Below are positions 8,432 to 17,145 of a DNA stretch of 41,970 nucleotides, piece after piece (positions within the stretch are counted from its first letter, which is position 1; every line of letters begins with the position of its first letter). A model generated the notes under the pieces. It was not told the DNA's origin. It searched no databases and was given only the letters and a program-made list of their open reading frames with translations. Where the stretch lies: contig DAORET010000006.1 of the NCBI GenBank assembly GCA_035347155.1, positions 64,001 through 105,970 on the forward strand, in the 5' to 3' direction. Position numbers and translations under genes: made by a program. This DNA is from Leptospiraceae bacterium. GTDB taxonomy: Bacteria; Spirochaetota; Leptospiria; Leptospirales; Leptospiraceae.

Positions 8432-9871
8432 CTACTTTGGTAGAGAATTTCTATTCTGATAATCGTGATAATATCCGACTTCAACATTCTCTAAAACAGC
8501 TAACGCATCATCCGTTAAGACAACAGCGGATGAGTAGAGTGTTAATAGGTAAGAAGCTACTCCAAGATTATCTAATCCCATGAGTCGTGCGGAGAGACTT
8601 GGAGAAATTTCACCAGGTATTCCAATCTGATGAAGACCAACAACACCCTGCTCTTCCTCTCCCACACGGAGTAATAATATACTTGTAGTTCCAAACCACT
8701 GGTTCGATAAATTCGTATTTTTAACTTCTAGTTTATCACATGGGATAATTGGTATACCACGCCATGTGATAACCGGACTTCCAAATATTTGAGTTGTAAC
8801 TGGTGGAACTCCCCTCCAAGTGCATTCTCTTTCAAACGCAGCAATCGCTTTGGGATGCGCTAGAAAAAAAGCTGGTTTTTTCCAAACCAACGCAAGTAGT
8901 TCATCTAAATCGTCAGGCGTTGGAGCTCCATATCGTGTGCTAATTCTCATAGATGGATCAACAGAATGGAGTAATCCAAATTTTTTACTGTTTATTAGTT
9001 CCCATTCTTGTCTTTCTTTGATTCCTTCAATCGTTAGCCGCATTTGCTCTTCTAATTGATTGTAGGGATTATTATACAAATCAGAAACTCGTGTGTGAAC
9101 TCTAACTACGGTTTGAATTGCATTTAAAGAATATTCTCGGGGTTTATCTGAATAATCAATAAATGTCTCTGGAATTTCAACATTTTCAGCAAAACCAGAT
9201 ACTAAATCAATATTCCTTTCACCATATTTATTTACGGTCGATCTCAATTCAATGTGTTTATCAATCGCCTTTTTAAAATCTTCTTTTAAATTTGGAAACT
9301 CACTTAAAATATCATCTAAATCTTTTCCTGAAAGGGTAAGCAATTTACAAGGAGTGATCGTTCTAACAGTAACGTCAGACGGAATATCAGACACTAATTC
9401 GATTTCTCCGAAATATTCTCCTTCAGTTAGTAGTGCAATTCTCAAATCACTGCCGTGCACTCCTTTACTTAGAACCTCGACTTGCCCTTGTGCTATGATA
9501 AAAAATTTATTTTTATCAACCCCTTCTACTACTAATTTATTTCCTAATGTAACCTCTTCTGTCTTAAAACGATTTGCCATCCGATTTATAATATCATCTT
9601 GGAATTTTGCAAACAGTGGCACTGATCGAAGAGACTGCGGATTGAAAGATACTGCGCCATCCTTGAAATTCAATTCTACTCTTTCTGCCTTTTTTAATTC
9701 TACTTTTGTTCTGTTCACTCTATACGTTCCACCTTCAACATGAACCCATGGAAGAAGACTTAATAGATATCTCGGGGTAATAGACATCATCTGTGGACGA
9801 GTCTTTGTAGTATTCGCAAGGTTTCTTGCTACTGACGTTGTTACGCTTCTTTGTAATATGTTATCTGACAT
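8432..9871 (-). CDS. Family 2B encapsulin-like shell protein, paralog 2 (HK97-like with internal cNMP-binding domain)
   Basis: Size of 479 aa. The internal CAP-type cNMP-binding motif is FIIAQGQVEVLSKGVHGSDLRIALLTEGEYFGEIELVSD...PCKLLTL. It is adjacent to a cysteine desulfurase with an N-terminal extension and to cysE. It is about 75% identical to the upstream paralog. Confidence 0.6.
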   Translation of the reverse strand: MSDNILQRSVTTSVARNLANTTKTRPQMMSITPRYLLSLLPWVHVEGGTYRVNRTKVELKKAERVELNFKDGAVSFNPQSLRSVPLFAKFQDDIINRMANRFKTEEVTLGNKLVVEGVDKNKFFIIAQGQVEVLSKGVHGSDLRIALLTEGEYFGEIELVSDIPSDVTVRTITPCKLLTLSGKDLDDILSEFPNLKEDFKKAIDKHIELRSTVNKYGERNIDLVSGFAENVEIPETFIDYSDKPREYSLNAIQTVVRVHTRVSDLYNNPYNQLEEQMRLTIEGIKERQEWELINSKKFGLLHSVDPSMRISTRYGAPTPDDLDELLALVWKKPAFFLAHPKAIAAFERECTWRGVPPVTTQIFGSPVITWRGIPIIPCDKLEVKNTNLSNQWFGTTSILLLRVGEEEQGVVGLHQIGIPGEISPSLSARLMGLDNLGVASYLLTLYSSAVVLTDDALAVLENVEVGYYHDYQNRNSLPK

Positions 9872-9887
9872 TCTATTCTCCTTTTAT

Positions 9888-11351
9888 TTAAATGCCTAAT
9901 CCATCACTAAAATAGTTTGAATTTTTATTTTGATAGCTATGATAATATCCCACCTCCACATTTTCTAAAACAGCAATAGCATCGTCGGTTAAGACGGCTG
10001 CGGCAGAATATAACGTTAATAGATAGGATGCTACCCCCAAAGGATCTAAACCCATTAATCTAGCAGATAGGCTTGGTAAGATTTCTCCCGGGATTCCAGC
10101 TTGGTGTAATCCAATGACTCCTTGATTTTCTTCCCCAACTCGGACTAATAGAATATTTGTTGTTCCAAGCCAAGGTCTAGAGTAGTAATTACTTTTTACT
10201 TCCAATTTGTCTGAAGGAATAATTGGAATTCCTCGCCATAGTATCAGAGGTGCACCGAAAGAATTCTCTGTCACAGGAGGGACTCCTCTCCAAGTGCATT
10301 CCCTTTCAAATGCAGCAATCGCTTTAGGATGAGCCAAAAAGAATGAGGGTCTTTTCCAAACCAAGGCAAGTAACTCATCTAAATCATCAGGAGTTGGAGC
10401 TCCATAACGTGTGCTAATTCTAAAAGCTGGTGATACCGAATGGAGTAATCCAAATTTTTTATTATTTATCAATTCCCACTCTTGTCTTTCTTTGATTCCT
10501 TCAATCGTTAGCCGCATTTGCTCTTCTAATTGATTATAGGGGTTATTGTATAAATCAGAAACTCGTGTGTGAACTCGAACTACTGTCTGGATTGCATTTA
10601 AAGAATATTCTCTCGGAGATTCTGAGTAATCAATGAAAGTCTCTGGAATTTCAACATTTTCAGCAAAACCAGACACAAAATCGATATTTCTTTCGCCGTA
10701 TTTATTCACAGTGGAGAGCAATTCAATATAATCATCAATAGCTTTTCTAAAATCATTTCTCAAATTTGGAAACTCATTTAGAATTTGCTCTAAGTCTGCT
10801 CCGTATAACGTCAATAATTTACAAGGAGTTGTTGTCTTTACTGTGACATCTGAGGGCTTATCCGAAAGCAGACCCTGTTCTCCAAAATATTCACCTTCTG
10901 TGAGAAGTGCGATTCTCAGATCACTCCCATGAACACCCTTGCTAAATACTTCAACCTGACCTTGGGCTATAATAAAGAATTTATTCTTATCCTCACCTTC
11001 AACAACAAGAGTCGTTCCTAAACTAACTTCCTCCGTTTTAAATTGATTCGAAATTCGCGTGAGTATATCTAATGGAAGTTTCGAAAAAACAGGAACCGTT
11101 CGAAGCGCTTCTGGATTAAATGATAAAAAAACAAATCCATCTACAATATTTAATTCAATTCGTTCTGCTCTTTTTAACTCAACCCTGGTCCTATTGACTC
11201 GGTAAGTTCCACCTTCTACTTGCACCCAAGGGATAACACTAAGTAACCACCTTGGGGTTATTGACATCATCTGTGGATGTGTCTTTGTTGTATTGGTCAA
11301 ATTTTTAGCCACTGATGTTGTCACACTACGCTGCAAAATATTATCTGACAT
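9888..11351 (-). CDS. Family 2B encapsulin-like shell protein, paralog 1 (HK97-like with internal cNMP-binding domain)
   Basis: Size of 487 aa with the same architecture and cNMP motif (GEYFGEQGLLSD...PCKLLTL). The N-terminus MSDNILQRSVTTSVAKNL is shared with paralog 2. Confidence 0.6.
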   Translation of the reverse strand: MSDNILQRSVTTSVAKNLTNTTKTHPQMMSITPRWLLSVIPWVQVEGGTYRVNRTRVELKRAERIELNIVDGFVFLSFNPEALRTVPVFSKLPLDILTRISNQFKTEEVSLGTTLVVEGEDKNKFFIIAQGQVEVFSKGVHGSDLRIALLTEGEYFGEQGLLSDKPSDVTVKTTTPCKLLTLYGADLEQILNEFPNLRNDFRKAIDDYIELLSTVNKYGERNIDFVSGFAENVEIPETFIDYSESPREYSLNAIQTVVRVHTRVSDLYNNPYNQLEEQMRLTIEGIKERQEWELINNKKFGLLHSVSPAFRISTRYGAPTPDDLDELLALVWKRPSFFLAHPKAIAAFERECTWRGVPPVTENSFGAPLILWRGIPIIPSDKLEVKSNYYSRPWLGTTNILLVRVGEENQGVIGLHQAGIPGEILPSLSARLMGLDPLGVASYLLTLYSAAAVLTDDAIAVLENVEVGYYHSYQNKNSNYFSDGLGI

Positions 11352-11384
11352 ATTCTAAACTCCTTACTATCATATTCTATTATT

Positions 11385-12293
11385 CTATATACCTGATCCA
11401 AAATAAAAATGCTCTTGTATTACTTTCGCCTGCGTAATTTTAGAGTTAGGCGGAATATCTGTAGTAATCCAAACATTTCCTCCAATGGTTGAATTCTTAC
11501 CAATAGTGATCCGCCCCAAAATATTTGCGTTAGAATAGATAACTACATTATCTTCAATAATTGGATGCCTTGGCTCATTTTTTATTGGATTTCCAGATTC
11601 ATCTAATGAAAACTTTTTTGCTCCGAGCGTAACTCCCTGATAAAGCCGAACGTTATTTCCTATAATCGCAGTTTCTCCAATTACAACGCCGGTTCCATGA
11701 TCAATACAAAAATTTTCTCCTATAACCGCACCTGGATGAATGTCAATGCCAGTCTCTGAATGCGCAAGTTCAGAAATAATTCTAGGCAATAAGGGGATAT
11801 TTAATTTTAAAAGTTCATGAGCAATTCGATGATTCATCATTGCTCTTATCGTAGGGTAACAAAAAATTATTTCAGCAATGTTCTTCGCGGCCGGGTCAGC
11901 ATCATACATTGCTTTTGCATCTGTAAATAATAACCGACGAATTCTTGGTAGTGATTCAATAAATTTTAACGTCAGTCGTTCGCTCTTTTCCCGTATATTA
12001 TCATCTAAAGCGTGAAAATCAAACCAAAGGCCATTGTGTATTTGCTGAGAAAGCATTTCATATAATTTCTCTAGATTACCAACTGTTGAATACGCAACCA
12101 TTGCAGAGTTGGTATTATTCTTCCCAAAGTATCCGGGAAATATTATGGTTCTAAGTAATTCGATGATTTCCTTTAAGTTTTCTATCGATGGGAGAGTTTT
12201 ATTCTTTGGTATAAAATTTATCGCAGCATCTTCAGCCTTCAATAAATCACTCGTCGTCTTTTCCAAAGCAGAGCCAATATCAATTTGCCGCAT
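11385..12293 (-). CDS. cysE: Serine O-acetyltransferase
   Basis: The left-handed beta-helix hexapeptide block GIDIHPGAVIGENFCIDHGTGVVIGETAIIGNNVRLYQGVTLG closely matches the CysE core. It is the first gene of the minus-strand operon. Confidence 0.85.
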   Translation of the reverse strand: MRQIDIGSALEKTTSDLLKAEDAAINFIPKNKTLPSIENLKEIIELLRTIIFPGYFGKNNTNSAMVAYSTVGNLEKLYEMLSQQIHNGLWFDFHALDDNIREKSERLTLKFIESLPRIRRLLFTDAKAMYDADPAAKNIAEIIFCYPTIRAMMNHRIAHELLKLNIPLLPRIISELAHSETGIDIHPGAVIGENFCIDHGTGVVIGETAIIGNNVRLYQGVTLGAKKFSLDESGNPIKNEPRHPIIEDNVVIYSNANILGRITIGKNSTIGGNVWITTDIPPNSKITQAKVIQEHFYFGSGI

Positions 12294-12458
12294 AAATTCC
12301 TCCCTATTTTATTCAATATAATGAAGTATATTAAATATATTAAAGCATTTAAGATAATATAACAGATGTATAATATAATATACTAGATATATATTCAATA
12401 TATTAGTCAATTAAAAAAATAAAAATAAATGAGATCCTAGAGCAGCAAGCAAAGCTTC

Positions 12459-12476
12459 TTCCATTTTGAAATGGAA
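12459..12476. promoter_or_regulatory. Palindromic candidate operator TTCCATTT-TG-AAATGGAA in a divergent promoter region
   Basis: 8-bp perfect inverted arms sit in the 386-bp AT-rich gap between the cysE-shell operon and the divergent ACT-domain gene. Confidence 0.3.
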
Positions 12477-12679
12477 ATGCATTATTCGGAAATAGCTAAG
12501 ATTTTTAAAATCATAGGAAGATTAGTCTGCAATTTGTGGATTAAAATCAAAGGAATGAGATTAAGAAATTATCTAAAACACTATGAAAAAAATCTTATAC
12601 AAAAAGCCCTTTCTTTTCGTTGGATTGTTAAACGAATTTCTAATTGATAATATTTGAATCAAATAAATACTAACTAGCG

Positions 12680-13285
12680 ATGATTGACTTTCATTTCAAA
12701 ACTTTAGATGATGAAATACTAGTTACCTTAAAAACAGATGTCACTGAAATTGGAACCTTTCATAGAATGGCTTCCGTTATTTTTTTTCTAGGCTGGGATA
12801 TTTTATCCGGAGAAATCTTAACTATCAATGAGAACGGAACTGATTTTGCAATCGACACCCTAAGATTAAAAGCAGATGGAAATCCAGGCTCCAAAAAAGC
12901 AGTGGAGATCGGGATCATGATGGATGCCATTTTTTCTAAAAGAAAAGGCCTAGATGAACTCTTTCAAAACTATGAAGCGAGAACTCCCAATATTCGAAAT
13001 TTTTTTAGAGAAAGAGCAGAGCTTATTTTTCAAGATGAAATAGAAAAACAACAAACTTGTTTTTATATAGAAGCAGATTCAGGTAGAGGTCTGCTTTATC
13101 ATGTCACAAAGGTCTTACTAGAAAACAAAATCAACATTCTATCAGGTCTCATAGAAACAGACGAAATTACGCAAAGAGCAAAAGATACATTTTATTTAGT
13201 TGATCATGAAGGAAAAATGTTTGGAGGAACTCAGAAAGCAGAGGAAATACGCAGCCAAATATTAAAACCTCTCTTTAATCAGTAA
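12680..13285 (+). CDS. ACT-domain pair protein (small-molecule-binding regulatory protein)
   Basis: Two beta-alpha-beta-beta-alpha-beta-like segments (ILVTLKTDVTEIGTFHRMASVIFFLGWDI and CFYIEADSGRGLLYHVTKVLLENKINI) resemble tandem ACT domains. It is divergent from the cysE operon. Confidence 0.45.
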   Translation: MIDFHFKTLDDEILVTLKTDVTEIGTFHRMASVIFFLGWDILSGEILTINENGTDFAIDTLRLKADGNPGSKKAVEIGIMMDAIFSKRKGLDELFQNYEARTPNIRNFFRERAELIFQDEIEKQQTCFYIEADSGRGLLYHVTKVLLENKINILSGLIETDEITQRAKDTFYLVDHEGKMFGGTQKAEEIRSQILKPLFNQ

Positions 13286-13292
13286 AAAGAAA

Positions 13293-13349
13293 AGGGGTTC
13301 CAAAGAATCATCTTTAAAACCCCTTGCAACTATCGGCAAAACCCGATAG
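13293..13349. terminator. Bidirectional terminator hairpins between convergent genes
   Basis: aaggggtt...aacccctt (13293-13325, 8-bp stem) and ctatcgg-caaaac-ccgatag (13330-13349) are flanked by T-rich runs on both strands. Confidence 0.5.
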
Positions 13350-13373
13350 TTCTTATGTCTCTTAGTTTACCTA

Positions 13374-13940
13374 TTAAATAAACTTATCAGAGTTTAGTGC
13401 AGTCTCAATTATTTCTGCGATATCTGCATAGCCGGATCTTTTAGCAAGATCTAAGGCAGTGTTTCCATCCTCATCTTCTAGGTGCAACGCTGCTCCTTTT
13501 TCGATTAAGATTTTAGCTGCATCAAATCTACCATGTGTAGCTGCATAATGAAGAGGTGTAAATCCAAAAGTATTTTGTTTGTTTAAAGTAGCTCCATTTT
13601 CAACAAGAAGCTTTACCACTTCTGTTTTACCGTGATGGGCAGCATAATGGAGCGGAGTGTATTCAAAATCGCTTTGAGCATTCACTTCTGCCCCACTCTC
13701 AATTAAGACTTTCGCAATATCCACCCCACTTTGATTGGCAGCATAGTGAAGCGGTGTATATCCGAAATTGCTTTTAGAATTTAGTTCAGCACCCCTTTCG
13801 ATAAGCGATATGACTAATTCAACATGACCCCGACTCGCTGCCATATGAAGAGGAGTTTGACCATCTTCATTCTTTCCGTGTACGTTTAATATGCTCTCAA
13901 AATCTACTTTTTCTTTTTGTTCTAGTAACTCTCTATTCAT
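13374..13940 (-). CDS. Ankyrin-repeat protein (5 repeats)
   Basis: Repeated TPLH-x-AA-x-GH...LL..GA..N motifs (GQTPLHMAASRGHVELV, GYTPLHYAANQSG, EYTPLHYAAHHGK, GFTPLHYAATHGR). Confidence 0.85.
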   Translation of the reverse strand: MNRELLEQKEKVDFESILNVHGKNEDGQTPLHMAASRGHVELVISLIERGAELNSKSNFGYTPLHYAANQSGVDIAKVLIESGAEVNAQSDFEYTPLHYAAHHGKTEVVKLLVENGATLNKQNTFGFTPLHYAATHGRFDAAKILIEKGAALHLEDEDGNTALDLAKRSGYADIAEIIETALNSDKFI

Positions 13941-14286
13941 CGTCGTTTTCCATCCTGTTTAATATGTTTTGGGGTCCTTCTGGCTATCGCGCCTATCTCT
14001 GCTTCTAAAAAGACTCTTTTTCTATTATTTTAGAAGGAATAAAAACAAAAAAGTCAAAGCTTATTTTATTTTTTATAATCATTATAGATTATGATATTTC
14101 TCATAATCTTTTGCAACGTTAGTTTTTTAAAGAACGTTAGATTTTGAGAGAAATCTGATAGAACCCAATTTTTTTTTGTTTTGATCACGTTAAAAATTCT
14201 TCTTTAAATGTAAACTCATTAAATTCTTTGAGGCTGAGTTTCTGACCCATTAAGCTGCCGAAATAACCTCAAAGATGTCTCAAAAC

Positions 14287-15309
14287 TCATTGCACTTTCA
14301 CAGTATAAGAAGATGAGCTATATCCATACACTCCAATTGTTAACACATCTCCGGATGATAAGACTATCGGATAACTTTCAGACCCTGAAACGGTCGATGA
14401 ATAGCTACTTGTTGAAGCCGTCGGACAGCCAGAGCCGTTTTTAGTCATATATAAATCAGGGTCTCCTGTGTTCGCCGTTACAACTACCGTATAAGAGGAG
14501 CTAATTGAAGCAGTAAATGTATAATAAACATAACTTCCTGTTGAAACTGAGCCTGTTCGGGAAACATTGTATGTAAGTGCAGTCGCAGAACTACAAGTTG
14601 CGCCTCCTGAAACAGTTGTTGAATTTGTCGGTAGAGTGATGTTATCAATCCAACATGCATCTGATCCACTTGTCCCACCGCTATCTTTCAAATAAGTCCA
14701 AGAGAATACATGTGTGCCTGATGAAATAGAATATCTATATTTTGTCCAATTGATAGAACCACTATCGCCTGACCCATCCTGACTCACTCCATCGATTGAA
14801 AATTTACAATAATCATAGGACATTTCAGAAGAAACTTTTCTATAAAAACTAATCGAGCCAGATGAAGTGGTTGCATACAAGGATGTAATAGTTGACGCAC
14901 TATTTCCGATTGATCCGGATTTTAAACAACTATTGCTATAACAGTTTATAGAACTTGAATCGATCGTCCAAGTTCCAGACCACCCCGATGGTAGACCTGT
15001 ATCAAACGAATAGGTTGGAATTTCATTGTCTATACCAGGTGGAGTATAAGGAAAAGCGGTTAAAATAAGTAAGCAATCTTGGTTTGTATATTTTTTCGTA
15101 TCTACCGATGCACTCATTTGTAAATAGGAACTCACAAAGCCTGTAGATGTTGTTCTTCCAGTAAAATAATTCAACTTCAGATAATCACAGAATGGTTTTG
15201 ATCCATTTTTCTCATTCTCTGCATCAATGGAATCCTTAGCAGAATCATATGCAACTGCTGTGCAGTTTGTTATTATTGTAATGATAAGTATTAATAATTT
15301 TTTATTCAT
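14287..15309 (-). CDS. Putative lipoprotein with Ser/Thr/Gly-rich beta-type C-terminal domain
   Basis: The preferred start MNKKLLILIITIITNCTAVA (cat at 15307-15309) gives a signal peptide with a loose lipobox. The ORF-track start at 15372 adds 21 aa that are not signal-like. The C-terminus is S/T/G/Y-rich. A stem ctttgagg...cctcaaag at 14228-14276 follows the gene. Confidence 0.5.
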   Translation of the reverse strand: MNKKLLILIITIITNCTAVAYDSAKDSIDAENEKNGSKPFCDYLKLNYFTGRTTSTGFVSSYLQMSASVDTKKYTNQDCLLILTAFPYTPPGIDNEIPTYSFDTGLPSGWSGTWTIDSSSINCYSNSCLKSGSIGNSASTITSLYATTSSGSISFYRKVSSEMSYDYCKFSIDGVSQDGSGDSGSINWTKYRYSISSGTHVFSWTYLKDSGGTSGSDACWIDNITLPTNSTTVSGGATCSSATALTYNVSRTGSVSTGSYVYYTFTASISSSYTVVVTANTGDPDLYMTKNGSGCPTASTSSYSSTVSGSESYPIVLSSGDVLTIGVYGYSSSSYTVKVQ

Positions 15310-15419
15310 TGTATTTGCCCTTGCAAAGATATGTCTTCGCAGCTTTTTATATTTTCTGTTTTCATACTCCAATCGTTCTAATACGAAAGGAGTTGATTTG
15401 TCAGAATATTTAGTTTGGT

Positions 15420-16706
15420 TTAATTACAGATAGCAGTAACAACATCCGAGGACGTGCATGCACTTCTATTTATATACCCAAGATCCATTGAAATACCATT
15501 TCCTCTTTTTAAAGTACAGTGACATCTATCAGGAGCAGAACTTGTTGGATTGCTTGGAGCTGAATATGTAGATCCTGAATTACTAGAACTCTTCAATGTT
15601 TGAATAGAATTATTCAAATTGCCTATCGCATTTGCCATATCTACAAAATCTCCTTCACCAGCCATTACACAACCTATGCTTATGGCATTCTTCAATGTCT
15701 CAGCAACGTTAGCCCCTGCGTCAAAAGCGTTTGCAGTATTGTTCCAAGCATTTGCAGCATCACCCGTTGCAAAACTACCCATACCTCTTGAAAAATTAGC
15801 TGCTTGTCTCATATTTGCCTCTGCTTGTGCGTATTCTGCCTTAGCTTGTTGGCACTTGCTAGGAGTTTTCAACCCAGTGCTTTTCATTTGATAATATTCA
15901 TTTTCCATTTGCCTTTTTTGGTTTTCTAGATCAGCAAGTCTTTGCTGTCTTTGCTGTTCTTCTCTTGCAATTCTCTCTTGTCTTTCTCGCTCGATTCGTT
16001 CCTCTTCCATTTTTCTTTGCTCAATCGCATCACTTTTTACACCTTGCTCTATTTTCGCGAGAAACCCACTTCCAGTATAACTATCTATTTGCGAGCGAAT
16101 ATCCTTGATTGCTAATGCGTTAGGCGATGGTGCATTGTATACTTTAAATATAGGATCTCTTCCTCCAGCCGCGGCAAGTGCATCAAAATCTGGTATACCT
16201 TTAATATTATCTCTTACTTTAGAAAAAATTGAATTTCCAGTTGCTTGAATTTGTTTATAATAATTTACAATGGTATTTTTAAGACAGGTTCTTGATTCTC
16301 CAACTGCCTTATCATTTGTGCATCCAATTACTTTTTGAAGGGAGTCCCATGAGTTACAAGTAATGGCTTCTGCATCCTCTAACTCCTGGGTGTCACAAAT
16401 TTTTGGTTTAGTAAAATATTTTAATTCTTCATTTAAACCTGTTACGCACTGAAAACCTTTTAGACTATTTGAACCATACATATCATAGCATTTCTGAATC
16501 GGTTTTACAACTGTGCTATAAAATTCACAGGAGGATTCTTTTAACATAGAGAATATAGTCGCAGGACCTTTTGTTTTACAATCCTTTGTTTTGACAGCTC
16601 CAAACTCTATCGCATCGATTTGGGTTGTTCCTATCGACAATCCAGTTTCATTCCATCCTAAAAGTAAGTAGCAAAAAACTATTAATAAAATATTTCTAGA
16701 TTTCAT
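15420..16706 (-). CDS. Exported Cys-rich protein with central coiled coil
   Basis: Signal peptide MKSRNILLIVFCYLLLGW, many Cys in the N-terminal half, and a charged coiled coil EERIERERQERIAREEQQRQQRLADLENQKRQ. Confidence 0.5.
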   Translation of the reverse strand: MKSRNILLIVFCYLLLGWNETGLSIGTTQIDAIEFGAVKTKDCKTKGPATIFSMLKESSCEFYSTVVKPIQKCYDMYGSNSLKGFQCVTGLNEELKYFTKPKICDTQELEDAEAITCNSWDSLQKVIGCTNDKAVGESRTCLKNTIVNYYKQIQATGNSIFSKVRDNIKGIPDFDALAAAGGRDPIFKVYNAPSPNALAIKDIRSQIDSYTGSGFLAKIEQGVKSDAIEQRKMEEERIERERQERIAREEQQRQQRLADLENQKRQMENEYYQMKSTGLKTPSKCQQAKAEYAQAEANMRQAANFSRGMGSFATGDAANAWNNTANAFDAGANVAETLKNAISIGCVMAGEGDFVDMANAIGNLNNSIQTLKSSSNSGSTYSAPSNPTSSAPDRCHCTLKRGNGISMDLGYINRSACTSSDVVTAICN

Positions 16707-16707
16707 T

Positions 16708-17145
16708 TTATTTCTCCTTTAAAGTAAATTTTGATTCTGGATATGCCTTGTTAAAATCTTGCATTTGCAGTTCTGTATAAGCGCGAACCGCAATATCAGT
16801 AGCTCTAGATTTTAAATCTTCATCAGTTGAGTTTTTTATAATACTCGCAGAGATTGAGAGAGCTCTTTTATAATCTTTTCTTTCTAAAATCTCATCAAGT
16901 TTTTGGAGTATTTCTTGGTTTTGCGAATCACTAGAACTATTTTTTAAATATTCTTCTCGTATCGTTAGTTGCTTTACATAATACTCTTTTTGGCACTGAA
17001 GGAAAGGGGCATAGTATCCCCTTTTATTTTCACATTTATAGGCTTCTTCGGCGGGTGTATTAATTTTTACCTTCCCTTCACCTTTTTGAATGGAAATACA
17101 ATTTCCAATTAAAATAATAAACAAAATTAAATAATATTTTTTCAT
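16708..17145 (-). CDS. Small lipoprotein
   Basis: The sequence MKKYYLILFIILIGNCIS has a lipobox. It sits 2 nt from the downstream gene and overlaps the upstream gene by 4 nt. Confidence 0.5.
   Translation of the reverse strand: MKKYYLILFIILIGNCISIQKGEGKVKINTPAEEAYKCENKRGYYAPFLQCQKEYYVKQLTIREEYLKNSSSDSQNQEILQKLDEILERKDYKRALSISASIIKNSTDEDLKSRATDIAVRAYTELQMQDFNKAYPESKFTLKEK

Larger units (their letters stand above)
8432..11351 (-). repeat. Tandem gene duplication with long near-identical DNA tracts
   Basis: An exact 55-nt run is shared at 9007-9061 and 10481-10535, and the flanking 200 nt are also highly similar. The gene N-termini are near-identical. Confidence 0.8.
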
